Shown piece by piece: positions 16,027 through 27,200 of a stretch of DNA of 33,317 nucleotides (the first letter of the stretch is position 1; each line of letters starts with the position of its first letter). The position numbers and the translations under genes were made by a program. This DNA is from a virus (taxonomy: Duplodnaviria; Caudoviricetes): IMG/VR virus record IMGVR_UViG_3300025425_000085, positions 1-33,317 of that record; one strand, given 5' to 3'. The notes below the pieces were generated by a model, which was not told the DNA's origin, searched no databases, and saw only the letters and a list, made by a program, of their open reading frames with translations.

Positions 16027-19000
16027 TAGGACTTTACCTCACTTAAGTATATTGACGTCTCTACGGACCCGCTAGACCTGGAATGATCTATTTGGTAAAT
16101 AACAAAGCGGTCACCCTCCCTTACCTGATCTATTTCATCTGAGCTATACTTTACGCTAACAATATCTCCCAGCTGCAAAGTTGGCAAAGAGAACACTCTC
16201 AGACCCAAAGACTTTCTTGGAACCATGATCTTTTCTGCAAGCCAGTTCATCATAGAGTTAGCCGTGTCTCTACTTTGTATGTAGGGGGCATCTATGGCAA
16301 ATTCTTTTCTTCCATACGTCGACCGGCTGTTCCTTATGTCCAAGAATTTTTCTTTAGAATATAGTGGTGAGGAAACGACTACACCATTTTCTATTACGGG
16401 ATTTGAAAGATCACTCTTTTTGTTAAAGAATTCGTCAACAGTTAGCTCGTTACTAGACTGCTGAGTAAATGTTATACCTTGAATTCTAAGGGCTGAGTTT
16501 GTGCTTGAATCCAGGCTAATAACTGTATCGGTAGTATTGAATACCAAAAACTCTGCACCATATGGGCTTCCATAGTAGGACGATACGCAGTACGTTCTAA
16601 TCTTGCTGGCACCTGGGATTATCCTAGAGTAAAGAGCTGGGAAGGCTTTATCATACTTAATGTTTAGGTAGGCGGCCTCTCTCATTATAGTTCCAAACTC
16701 ATCGTAGTATATGTTGTACTTTGGAACATTCGATGGGCCAATTGATGACAGGTACGTTGACTGGACTAGTCCGCTTATGGCATACTTTGAAAACGAGGAG
16801 TTTATCGTCAAGTCCTCGGCGCCGAAGGCAGAACTAACTACTGGGTCCAGCTTTGATGATGGGCTGTCTGCGTAATTGTTTGACATGCTGTAAATATTTT
16901 CAAACATACACTTCGAGGTTCCGCGAATAAACAATGCTGAGGAGTTGCCAGCGACAATTGGAGACGTGTCCGTGACTGTGGCTACCTGTGTTCCGTTTAA
17001 GTAAAGGAAGAAAGTCCTGGTGCCATCGATATTGTCAACGTACTCAAAGGCAAGGTCATACACCGTTTGGTTTTCTTGTGCAAAGATCCTGCTCTGGCCG
17101 ACAAAATCCCCGCCGTCTACCAGAATATCAGAAACACCTCTCCACAATAACTGAGGCAAGGATGAAGACTCTGCATCTGAGCCACTCGAAATAACCTTGT
17201 AGAAGAACATGTTTGAAGCAGAGTACTTATCTATAGTCAGAGAATCTAGCGCGGCTATCTCAAAGTAATAACCTTCTCCTGTTTTACTATTAAGTAATCC
17301 AGATATCCCACCACTGCCTCCTGTTATATTCGCCTTGTCCTCTGGAGATGTGGTCTCTACGGTAACGTATGTCATTGCCCCGTTGGCTTCCTGAGCAGAT
17401 TCATTTGAGGGAGACACCCGTCCAATAATTCGCATCCTAGTTCCAAAGTGGGTATGAAGAGTATCGCTAGTAGCGACTTCCCCAGGAACCAATGTAGGCG
17501 TTGAGAAAGCGTAGGTGATATGATTTATGGGAGAGTAGCTGGCATCGTCTGAGTTAGCCCCATCCATTATCAGAGCGGAGGCTTGCACCATCTCCGTGTC
17601 TGTCGACATAGAAGAGCTTTCTGGGTTTTCTGAAGAATAAGAATAAGCCAAAAAGTTTTTAATCTTGTCGGTAACCTGAGTACGTCTTGCCTGGGACAGG
17701 GCTGAAGAAGAGTTCAGATACTTGGATGACACGTCAGTATATGCTTTTAACTCTATCATCCTGGACTTTACAAGATTCTCTTTTCCAGAAATCTGAGAAC
17801 GTATATCCGACATGGAAGACGTGATCTCTGAATCTAGCGGGCTAGACAGAAGTCTTACACCCAAAAAACTAAGGTTTTCATAAAGCTGCTTTATGTCTGA
17901 CTTGGCGGTTAGGATACTATCATAAACAGTACGTGTAGCTGGTGGCAGGAGTTCTACAGACTGAATCTCAGATGCCCCGCTGCTTTCAAACAGGAATTTT
18001 GAGTTAATTCCAATTCCGTTTATCTTAGAGCCATTGGTCCAGGATAAATCTATTCCAGCATAATGGCTAGTTATTGCAGTGCCAAACTGTCCACGACCAT
18101 GTTTAGACACGGCACCCTCGGTCAAGACCAGATCTCCATTGATAGTCCTGTAATTTGGTTGTGAAAAAATCCTAACTCTTCCAGTAGGAAACATTTTACC
18201 ACCAAAAGATATTTTAGAGAAATAGTTTTGATAGTCATCTATGCTTGTTATCCATATGGAGTCTGATATGTTTGGGATGCTATACTCCACAGCGTCAAAC
18301 CTTATGATCTCTCCAGCAGCATAGAAGTATCCAGCGTAACGACCAAGCCAGTAAACAGACTCTCCGAGGTCTAAGATATTGGAAACTACTACTCCATTTC
18401 TTACATACGGGACTGTCTCTGATAGATCTGACTTTAGGGGTATGGCCGTCAGGCTGTATGCGTTTTGTGTAGAGGTCTGCTCATTTTTAGCTTTCGATGC
18501 TTCTTCTCCAGCTGCCTCCCAAAGAAGTACTGGCTTATATACCCAGTTCTTGCCAGAGTCTAGCTTGTAGGCTTGGTCGGAGTTTTCTTGGCTCTTCTGA
18601 ATGTATAGGGACTTATATACTATTTTGCCATCATTAAAAATGGCATCATCTTGCGATGAGATGGAAACAATGTTCGGCAGATTAGATGGTGGAACTATAC
18701 CAAATTCAGCTGCAGCTTGAAGGTCTTCCTCTGTTTGCTCGGAAGATTCTTCACCTATCAAAACCATGTCTGTAGGTCTTTCTGCAGACGATGGGATCAT
18801 GTAGTTTTTGCTGGTCACCACGAAGTTATTGTTTTCGTCAAAGAACATCGCACTTTGAGTTGATACGGCTAAGTCCTGAAGGACCTCTGCAACCGTCCTG
18901 TCTGACTTGCAGTAAAAGAAAGGAATGGTATCTTCACTTTCCAGTGGCAACCTTCTGAAAACATAATTTGAGAATCCTATATAATCTAACAGTGTCGAAA

Positions 19001-20615
19001 CTGCTGAGGATAAAGACACATTTGTAAGCAGTAAATCTGGAGCGGGAAGGGACTCGAAGTAAAAGTATAGGTCTCTAAGGTCTAAAGAAACGGACCTTGT
19101 ATCAGAGTATATTTCTGGGAATGAGTCTGCGTACATTGTCTTTATGGGAACGTAAAAGATGTTTTGACGGTTAGATGACAAGTCTTGCTGATAAGAAATT
19201 ACATCATAAATTTTTACCTGCATGTTCTTTATGGAGCTAAAAGGTACGATAGTCTTATCGTTACTCTTGTTGAAAGCTTGGTCTGGGTCAAACAGTTCTA
19301 AGGAGCCTACAGAAGCTAGGAGCTGTCCTACAGGAAGGCCTGTACTACCTAAGTCAGATGCTATCTTTGATAGATTATAGCTATTTGTTATCTCCGTTAT
19401 GTCTACGGATAACCTGGGGGATATCTCTATTAGATCTAATACTGAATTGAACTTGTTCATTCTTCTTGCTGCAACTCTTATCCCAGAAATATATTGGAAC
19501 TCTCTAAATTGTAAAGCATTTTGGCTTGGGACAACGAACGACTCTGGGTTTCCTATATTTGAAACAAATTCTGACTCTGGAGAGGCGTCTTGCTCAGAAA
19601 GCTTCCACCCATACTCTGGTACGAATTGCTCGTACCCATTGTTTAGCCAAACATAGTAAAGCCCCTTATCGGAGTCTGAGTCCTTTACGAGGTAAGCTTC
19701 ACCCTCAAAACCTGAGCTAGGTAGCCCTGTGTAAGAAGACAAGACGGAATTAAAGCTAAATATTTGCTGGTACTTTTTAGGTAGGATCAAGCCGTAGGAG
19801 ATTTCCATATAGCCGTCTGGCCCTATGATTGAAGACCCGTCAGGTCTGGTACTTTCTGGTAAAAAATTGATTACGTTTTGCCACTGGTTATCGACTAGGA
19901 CATCTATGCCCCAGTCAGAGGGGGTAGTCTTGTTTTCGTCTCCGAAGAGAGGGTCTCCCGTCTCACCAGAAATGCTAAGAACTCTTTGTGATTCTACAGC
20001 CCCAACATTTGTCTGAACCTTGACTACGATCTTGTTCGTGGCTATGGGCTCTTCGTAAACAACAAATGGTGCAGCATCATTAATGTGATTGATCCCAAGG
20101 GGAGATACATTAGCTATACCATACTCTACATCATTCTCTACCCGATAAGACGACCAGTACTTAAACTTATCGTCCTTGTGTGACATATAATACCTTGGCC
20201 TTCTAGCCATGTCTCGGTTTGCATTATGAACAAACCCTGTTATTCCAAAACGAACCTTGTTGATTCCAGATCTTGGCCTGAACCTTCCAAAGCAATCCTC
20301 TAGCGAGTATAAAAGCTTTTCTTTTTGCTTAGGCTGTTGTAATAGTATGGGGGTGCCATCTTCATCAATGCCGCCGTCAAGGACTACGTCTGAGTCCGTG
20401 GCACCAGTGTAGAACCCGCCTTCGTCGCTTGGATCAAAGAAGGATGGAAGGTGGCCCAACTCTGATGAAGGACCTTCTAGTGGACGGTACCTGTAATTGC
20501 CGACCTTAGAAATGTTATCGTACGCATTAAGGTTCCACTCTACAACTACCTTGGAATTGCTCTTTACTGTTGGAGAGGTTAGCAGATGGTTGTTTAGCTC
20601 ATCATTTACAAACAT
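16026..20615 (-). CDS. Large tail tip / baseplate hub protein (Tal-like)
   Basis: 1529 aa, second gene after the tape measure. Hub-like motifs TVAEVLQDLAVSTQSAMFFDENNNFVV and C-terminal YGRKEFAIDAPYIQS...PTLQLGDIVSV...FVIYQI. Confidence 0.75.
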   Translation of the reverse strand: MFVNDELNNHLLTSPTVKSNSKVVVEWNLNAYDNISKVGNYRYRPLEGPSSELGHLPSFFDPSDEGGFYTGATDSDVVLDGGIDEDGTPILLQQPKQKEKLLYSLEDCFGRFRPRSGINKVRFGITGFVHNANRDMARRPRYYMSHKDDKFKYWSSYRVENDVEYGIANVSPLGINHINDAAPFVVYEEPIATNKIVVKVQTNVGAVESQRVLSISGETGDPLFGDENKTTPSDWGIDVLVDNQWQNVINFLPESTRPDGSSIIGPDGYMEISYGLILPKKYQQIFSFNSVLSSYTGLPSSGFEGEAYLVKDSDSDKGLYYVWLNNGYEQFVPEYGWKLSEQDASPESEFVSNIGNPESFVVPSQNALQFREFQYISGIRVAARRMNKFNSVLDLIEISPRLSVDITEITNSYNLSKIASDLGSTGLPVGQLLASVGSLELFDPDQAFNKSNDKTIVPFSSIKNMQVKIYDVISYQQDLSSNRQNIFYVPIKTMYADSFPEIYSDTRSVSLDLRDLYFYFESLPAPDLLLTNVSLSSAVSTLLDYIGFSNYVFRRLPLESEDTIPFFYCKSDRTVAEVLQDLAVSTQSAMFFDENNNFVVTSKNYMIPSSAERPTDMVLIGEESSEQTEEDLQAAAEFGIVPPSNLPNIVSISSQDDAIFNDGKIVYKSLYIQKSQENSDQAYKLDSGKNWVYKPVLLWEAAGEEASKAKNEQTSTQNAYSLTAIPLKSDLSETVPYVRNGVVVSNILDLGESVYWLGRYAGYFYAAGEIIRFDAVEYSIPNISDSIWITSIDDYQNYFSKISFGGKMFPTGRVRIFSQPNYRTINGDLVLTEGAVSKHGRGQFGTAITSHYAGIDLSWTNGSKINGIGINSKFLFESSGASEIQSVELLPPATRTVYDSILTAKSDIKQLYENLSFLGVRLLSSPLDSEITSSMSDIRSQISGKENLVKSRMIELKAYTDVSSKYLNSSSALSQARRTQVTDKIKNFLAYSYSSENPESSSMSTDTEMVQASALIMDGANSDDASYSPINHITYAFSTPTLVPGEVATSDTLHTHFGTRMRIIGRVSPSNESAQEANGAMTYVTVETTSPEDKANITGGSGGISGLLNSKTGEGYYFEIAALDSLTIDKYSASNMFFYKVISSGSDAESSSLPQLLWRGVSDILVDGGDFVGQSRIFAQENQTVYDLAFEYVDNIDGTRTFFLYLNGTQVATVTDTSPIVAGNSSALFIRGTSKCMFENIYSMSNNYADSPSSKLDPVVSSAFGAEDLTINSSFSKYAISGLVQSTYLSSIGPSNVPKYNIYYDEFGTIMREAAYLNIKYDKAFPALYSRIIPGASKIRTYCVSSYYGSPYGAEFLVFNTTDTVISLDSSTNSALRIQGITFTQQSSNELTVDEFFNKKSDLSNPVIENGVVVSSPLYSKEKFLDIRNSRSTYGRKEFAIDAPYIQSRDTANSMMNWLAEKIMVPRKSLGLRVFSLPTLQLGDIVSVKYSSDEIDQVREGDRFVIYQIDHSRSSGSVETSIYLSEVKS

Positions 20616-21241
20616 TATACCTCTTCTAAAGACACTGAAATGTTCCAGAAGTCGTGGTTGCTCGTTCCTCGCTTTACGACGCTATACGAAAAATCCGAAA
20701 TGTACATTTCTACGACTTGATTATATTGTGCCAGATTAGAGTAGTCTTCAACCCCATCCTGCTTAAACTTATCATACGCCAAGTAAACCCAGAATGGTCC
20801 TGAGTGTGCCTCATACCATGAAAGGAGGTCAACCCCACCAGCGCCCCCGTCTACAGTGTAGCGTTCGTCAACAGAATAGTCCGTGGTGCCTGTTTCTGAG
20901 AATGAAGGAGCGGCCTTAAAGGATCTAGATGGTAGCATGCTCCAAGACAGGGAAGCCTTGAGCTTATCAGCAATATGATATGACCTCATCCTGCCGTTGA
21001 TCATTCTTTGCCTTTGCTCTATTCTATCTATACTAAAATCAAGAGGTGAACGACTATGGTCCGACAATATTAAAAACTGGTTTAACTGGGTAAGGTCTGA
21101 GATTTCTTCGTTGTCATACCCCACCTCGTATCCGTTAGGTATGTAGGCCCCTGCCTCTATTCTTCCAGGGTTCTCTGCCCAGAGCATGGCCTGTGGTCGG
21201 CCGTACTTACTTCTGTTGCTCATGTAAGCTGAGGTTGCCAT
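20615..21241 (-). CDS. Distal tail protein (Dit-like) / minor tail protein
   Basis: 208 aa immediately after the tape measure; RMINGRMRSYHIADK...SLSWSML...WNISVSLEEV pattern. Confidence 0.7.
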   Translation of the reverse strand: MATSAYMSNRSKYGRPQAMLWAENPGRIEAGAYIPNGYEVGYDNEEISDLTQLNQFLILSDHSRSPLDFSIDRIEQRQRMINGRMRSYHIADKLKASLSWSMLPSRSFKAAPSFSETGTTDYSVDERYTVDGGAGGVDLLSWYEAHSGPFWVYLAYDKFKQDGVEDYSNLAQYNQVVEMYISDFSYSVVKRGTSNHDFWNISVSLEEV

Positions 21242-24200
21242 TAGTACCGACTACTCCTAATTCTTTGAGACTCCACCCTCTTTAGACTTGTCATAACTGT
21301 TCTAGCTATGTCATCTGGGTCAGAGCCGCTCTTCGTGTTAACTGTTAGACTATAATTATACACTGAATTGGAATCTGGCGCTTGGCCATTATTTATTGAT
21401 TTTAGATTTTCTACGCCATAACTATTAACTGAAGACTTTTTAATAACGAATTCTCCGGGGGTTAGCATGGCTGGAACTTTGTCTGTGCCCATTGGCTTCA
21501 TAAGCTTTCCACCTTCTGCCATATACTTTGGAACCATTCCACCAGAAGCCATGTACCTTAAAACCATTCCTCCGGCCGCAGAGCCAACCCTCTGACCAGT
21601 TATCCTGGCAACGTTTAGGTCTACCAACCTTTGCCTTTGGGCTGGGCTTGAGAAATCGCCGCTTATAATTCTGTCCCTTGTTATGCCAATAAGCCTCGTA
21701 GTCTCTGCTGCGTCAGCTTTGGAAACCGAGGAGGACTTTGGCTTAGGCGCGTTAGCAGGGTTTAGATTTTCAAATCTTCTGTCAGATCCATTCGTCGCTG
21801 GCTTAGTCTCTCTTTCTTGGTTCTTTATGAATCCCGAAACGTTATCTGTCGCTGGCTTAGTCTTTCTTTCTTGGTTCTTTATGAATCCCGAAATGTTATC
21901 TCCGTATGCTCCCGTTGGTCCTGTATTGGGAACGTTAGAATTTTCTGGCCCTCCAATACTTGTTGGGTCATCTGTATTAGGCAACAAGTCATCTCTGCTC
22001 TGACCGCCAGATGAACCATTACCAGAACCACCGGAACCACCGGAACCTCCGGAGCCTGTCTTGGAAGGAGTTGGGTCCTTCTTTTCTACAGTCTTTTTAG
22101 TTATGGTCAGGGTTGCGGTCTTGTCCTTTATCTTGTCCCAGTTTTCTAGCATGTCCGCTATCAGACCTGCTTGGTACTCCATTGCTGACATTTCCTCAGG
22201 GGTTAGCTTTAGCTTTGACTCTGTTACCCTAGCAGAAAGCATATCCCACTTACGGATCTGCGCCTCAAGAGATGCTATGGCTGCATCTTTCTCTACAGTA
22301 ATCAGCCTGATTCTTTCCTGAGCAGGCTCCAAGGTATCTTCTTCAATCCTAAAAATCTCATTTTTTATGTCTTTTATCTTAGCTTCAATCTCTAGTCTAG
22401 ACCTACCGTCTAGGGATCGGAGAGCCGATAGCTGCCTGTCCTTGGACAGAGATAGCAACTCTTTTTGGGCCTCTCTGTTGTCCTGAGCCTGCTGAGCCCT
22501 TAGCTCTTGTGTCGCGGCTGCTGCAGCGGCTATGTCTCCCTGGGAAAGAGCTTCGGCTATGCTTAGCTGCCCCTTTTGCTGCCTAGCAATCTTTTCGTTA
22601 ATCTTCTGTACTTTGTCAAGAGCGGTTTCTCTCTCCTCGTACTTCTTGTTGATGTCCTCTTCTTGATCTGCAATCCCTGAAATCTGAGCATCTAGGTCGT
22701 CTAAGGCAAAGCTCAGGGTTGCAATTAGATTTTCTGCATCTGTGACGATGGAGTTGTCGGATGCTGTGTCTATTTCAAACTGGACTTCTATTGTTGCTTT
22801 TTGTGCCTCGAGGTAGTCTACCGCTTTATCGAACAGCTTCTTGAACTCCTCTTCAGTTCCTTCTTTAGTGGTAAAGTTTAGCTTTACGTCTAAGGCCTCC
22901 ATTATCTGTATTTGCTTTAAGGAGTTCAGCAAATCTCTTGAGTTAATAACTCCATCTTTTAGGTCTTTTGCTACAGAGTTTACGAGGTCATCATTAGATA
23001 AAACTTCTTTTATTTGTTCGTAACTGTAACCCAAAGCCGTCAGTGCGCTTGAAGCTGCAATCTGATTTCTCTTTAGCTCTTGGTCTACTTTTCCTGTTTG
23101 CAAAAGCTCTTTAAGGGCCCCACGGGAAAGCTCCTTGTTTACAGCCTTAATTTGGTTAACCAGCTTTGACCATGCAGCGGTGCCAACTTTGGTTGTTGCC
23201 AAGGCTGCGGCCAATATTGGATCCTTTGCGTTTTCAAAAGCATCCTTAACTCCTAGGCCGGCTTTACGGAGTTTTGCATAGGCCTCTGTGTTTTGCTTTA
23301 ACTGAGTTAGCTGCTCCTTAAGGTTCTCTATGGCTTCTTCAAATGGACTCTTCTCTCTTGACCCACTGGAGACTGTTATATTCGAAGAAAGAGTGTTGAA
23401 CTCTTCCATCATAATCTTGAATTCTTCAAACTCTTCCCCAGCCATGGAGGCTGCAGCTCCGGCGTAAAGTGTAGCATTTCCTATAACTTCCATGGCCTTA
23501 GCAACTGAGAGTCCATTACTGGTCAACCATGCAAGGACAGAGTTTTTCTCTCTGAGGTTTGCGATTTCTGTAAGAAGGTTTGACCTAGACGTTACGTCGT
23601 TAACGGCTTCTTGCGATTCAGCTAAGGAGCTCAGCGCAGAAATTACGTTATCGTAGTTTTCAGTTGTGCCCTTCGTCAGATCTTGCTCGATTGCATCCTG
23701 TATTAGCTTTAGCTTTTGTGCGTCAGTAACCGCTTTAAGAGCTTCTTCCTCACTCCCCAGCGACTCCAAAAGCCTTGGGTAAAGGCCAAGCAACGCTTCA
23801 TTCGCAGCTATTTCATCATCGATTGCTGCTGTCGACGTCAGGATGTTTACTTCTCGTTCTCCTTCGGCCTTTGCCAGCAGAGCATTTGTAGTATTGGCTA
23901 TGCTTGCGGCTAGGCGCTCTTCGAGGGCAGTCCTAACCTCAGCGCCGGCATTAATCTCGTCCTGAGTTGCACTGTAATCATCTGCGTTATCTAGGGCAAA
24001 AAGATCTTCATCGGATACATTGCCTCCAGCTTGAAGAACCTTGAATGCAAGCATCTTATCATTAACATCTTGTATCCCACTCAATTCTTTTGGATCTATT
24101 CCCACATTTTCGAAAAGCTTGTCCATTACGACCTTGGCACCTGTGCCTAGAGAAGCAACGTTTGAGAGAAGCCCCTCTGTTGCTTTCTCGTAAGCATCTT

Positions 24201-27200
24201 GCTCGATAACACCAGAAGAGAATCCAGTATTTAGTGCCTCAAACACCGAAGAATACTCGGAGCCTAGCATGTTTAGCTGAGGTAGCAGGTCTTTTGGCAA
24301 AAAATTTGCATTCTTAACATTAGCTAATGACGACTCATACTCTGACTGAATCTTTGAAAAAGAGCTTGTCGCAGAAGACACTAACTTATCGAACTGTTCT
24401 GGGTCTGACAAGTCTACACTCAGGATAAAGGAGAGGTCCAGATCTGTCTGCCCTGCTTCCGCAGCAATTGCTGCTACGTATTCTTGAATTACTGCGGGGT
24501 CTGTTCCTTCTGGGGAGAGGGCCAACAGCTGAAGAGCCAGGTTGTCGAGCGCCACCTTGGCCTGCTCTACGGTTGCCTTTTTTATGTTTTCGATGTCTTC
24601 TTTGAAGCCACCCTTGTCAGAACTTTCACCCTTTAGTTTGTTAAACTCTTCAGTCTCTCTTATCGCCTGAACGCGCTGAGCCCCTCCAGCCCCCAGCCCT
24701 TCTACGGATGTTACTTGTCCTCTACGGTCTGGGTCTCTCGCAAGAGCTACACCTATAAGGCCAGAAATGTTTTTTAGCTTTTCCCCTGTTGCGAATGCTG
24801 CGTTACCCAGCCCCTCTATCTTTTGCTTTTGCTGCTCCGCAATGTCTCCAATAGTTTTAAAAATTCCAAAGGCAGCTATGGCTAACCCAAGAAAGGGAAC
24901 GAACCTTAAGAACAGGGGAACGATCTTACCTAGGACACCCCCCAGAGCGCCCCCTACCGTACTAAGATTTTTCCAAGTGTTCTTCAGACCGCCAGCCATG
25001 ACTTTCGTCACTCCGGCCGTAGCCTTAGCTCCGGCAACCTTTGCCCCCAGCCTACCTGGAGCCCCTAAAAAGATCTCCGCCATGTTTCTTCCAGCCATGC
25101 TAGCAGCCATTTTCTTAAACAAAGTTGTCACTAATGGTAAGATAAGACTTAGGGCGAATGCTGCGTTAGATAGTCCGAACACTATTTCGTTAAGATTTCC
25201 TACCTCAATCCCCATCGAACCAAATAGCATTGTCATGCTGCTAAAGGCGAAGGAAGCCTGCATAATACTGCCACCTAGGTTACCCATACTAGAGCTTGTG
25301 TTATTCGTAGTTTGAATTAACTTTCGTGTCTGCACGTCAGAGGCTTGGCCAGACTTTACCTTGCCTAAGAGACCTAGGCCTGTGGCGTCAGTGCCGCGGT
25401 TCCTGTCCCTCTGAGCAGCCATTGCAGTATTTTTATTTGTAGTAACCCTAGTTGGGGATACCCTGTAAATTCCATCGGCTGCGGCTTGGCCCAGGGATTG
25501 TCCTGCCGCAGAGACGTCGTCAGCTCCGCTTCTTACGCCCATCTCTATGCCGTCTACAAGATTCTTTCCCTCTTGCTCTAGCTTTTTGGATGGGGAGGCT
25601 GACCTAGAATTCTTTTTGACAGACTTGACAACAGCGTCTTCTCGGCTCCTTCTCATCATTTCATATTCACGGGTAGCAGCCTGTGTGTCTCGCTCCATGG
25701 GTGCTCTTAGTGCAGGGTTCTTGGATTTGATGCTTGCAGTCGTCACGACACCTGTTGCATATTTTTCAAAACTTGGAGAGACTTGCTTGCTGAGGTTTGC
25801 ATTTGCTTTTAGCTTTTCTAGTACTCTTTTTAGAACCTTTGCCTGGGTGTCGTGCTCCGCTTCTGTCAGAGCTAAACCTCGAGTGTACTTGTCCTGAAGA
25901 GCATCAACCTCTTTCTGAGACATGTTCATCTCTTCCATGGTGCCTTTCATCATGGACTGGTTCTTTGGGCTTAGCTGCATCATTCCGGAGAGTCTATTTC
26001 TAGCCCCAACCTCTGGCTTTGTAAACTCACTGTTAAAACTTTTTGCTCCAAGACCCTTATCTACACCGATAATGTGAGATCGATCTATTTGGGTCATGTC
26101 TTTAATCTCTTTGTCAGAGAACATTGCGGTCTTACCGGCTTTAATCTTTGTTTTGTTTATTGCTTCGAGCTCTGTCCGCAACTTCTTTGCTGTGTTTAGC
26201 TCGCGCTCATACTCCGCAACTCCTTTGGCCCCTCGTTCTTCGCCTATCTGCTGCCTGTGAGGTCTTCTTTCTCCAACAGAGCTTGCACTGGACTTCCTGT
26301 CGCCCCTGTCTAATATGGCTTGTGGAACACCTTGTCCAGTTTCTTGGGCGATTCTCTTTATTTCTTCGACAAAGTCTTTAATCCTTATGTCTGTTTTATT
26401 TGCAAGATTGGTGAATGCCTGGTTGATTAGGTCGTCAGCGCCGTTTATGTTTGAAGCAAGAGTCTCTATAGCGCCAAGGCTGTTCCTGTTTGTCACCTGC
26501 ATAATCTGACCAGAGGGGGAGCCTAGAGATCCTCCTACAGAAGATCTCCCCTTCTTGTATCCTGGAATGTTTCCAGCAATCATACCGTTAATTAATGGAG
26601 CGTACCTCTTGGCCATTGCCCCTGGAATTACAGCTTCTCCAGGCTCCAGCATTGCGGGGACCTTGTCTCCCTTGCCAGATCCAGGAACAGAAACAACTCC
26701 TCCTGCTTGCATCTTTCTCGGTGCCGCCATAGTTGTAGCTATGCCAACTCCTGCAAATTGCTGCTGCCTTTGAATTGCTTTTCCGTATGCAACCACAAGC
26801 TTTTCAATAGCGGCGGCCTCAGAAGTGAAGGATTGTGCTAGCCTGTTGTGTGCCTGCTCCAAAGAGGCTGCAACAGCCATCTCTTGTAATTGCTTTTCCG
26901 TTAGGTACTGTGTTTGCTCTCCAAGGATTTGGGATTGCTTTCCAGTACTTTGGAACATTTGACGCAGGGCTAAGAAACCCTTGATTATGTTTGCCGCTCC
27001 GTTTGCAAGCAATCCAAAAGTCATCAGGGCTACGGGGCCTATAACTCCCAGTGCGACACCTAAGCCTGCAACAACAGACTTCATCCCGTCACTAAGACCG
27101 TTAAAGCTATCTAAACCTTTTGCAGCAAAGTCCATTATTGGTGTTACAAGCCTAAGAAATAGTTCTCCAATTGGGGCAAGGCTTGCCTTAAGTCTTTCTA

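Noticed and set aside
21794-21901. Direct repeat as a CRISPR array or DGR template/variable repeat pair
   Set aside because: Two adjacent copies, no spacer, in frame, only two differences, and no reverse transcriptase in the window.
24767-25315. 182-aa plus-strand ORF and the many other plus-strand ORFs in the track (e.g. 28570..29067, 25547..25897, 3294..3668)
   Set aside because: All lie antisense to well-supported minus-strand genes, show no recognisable motifs and have the composition expected of shadow frames.
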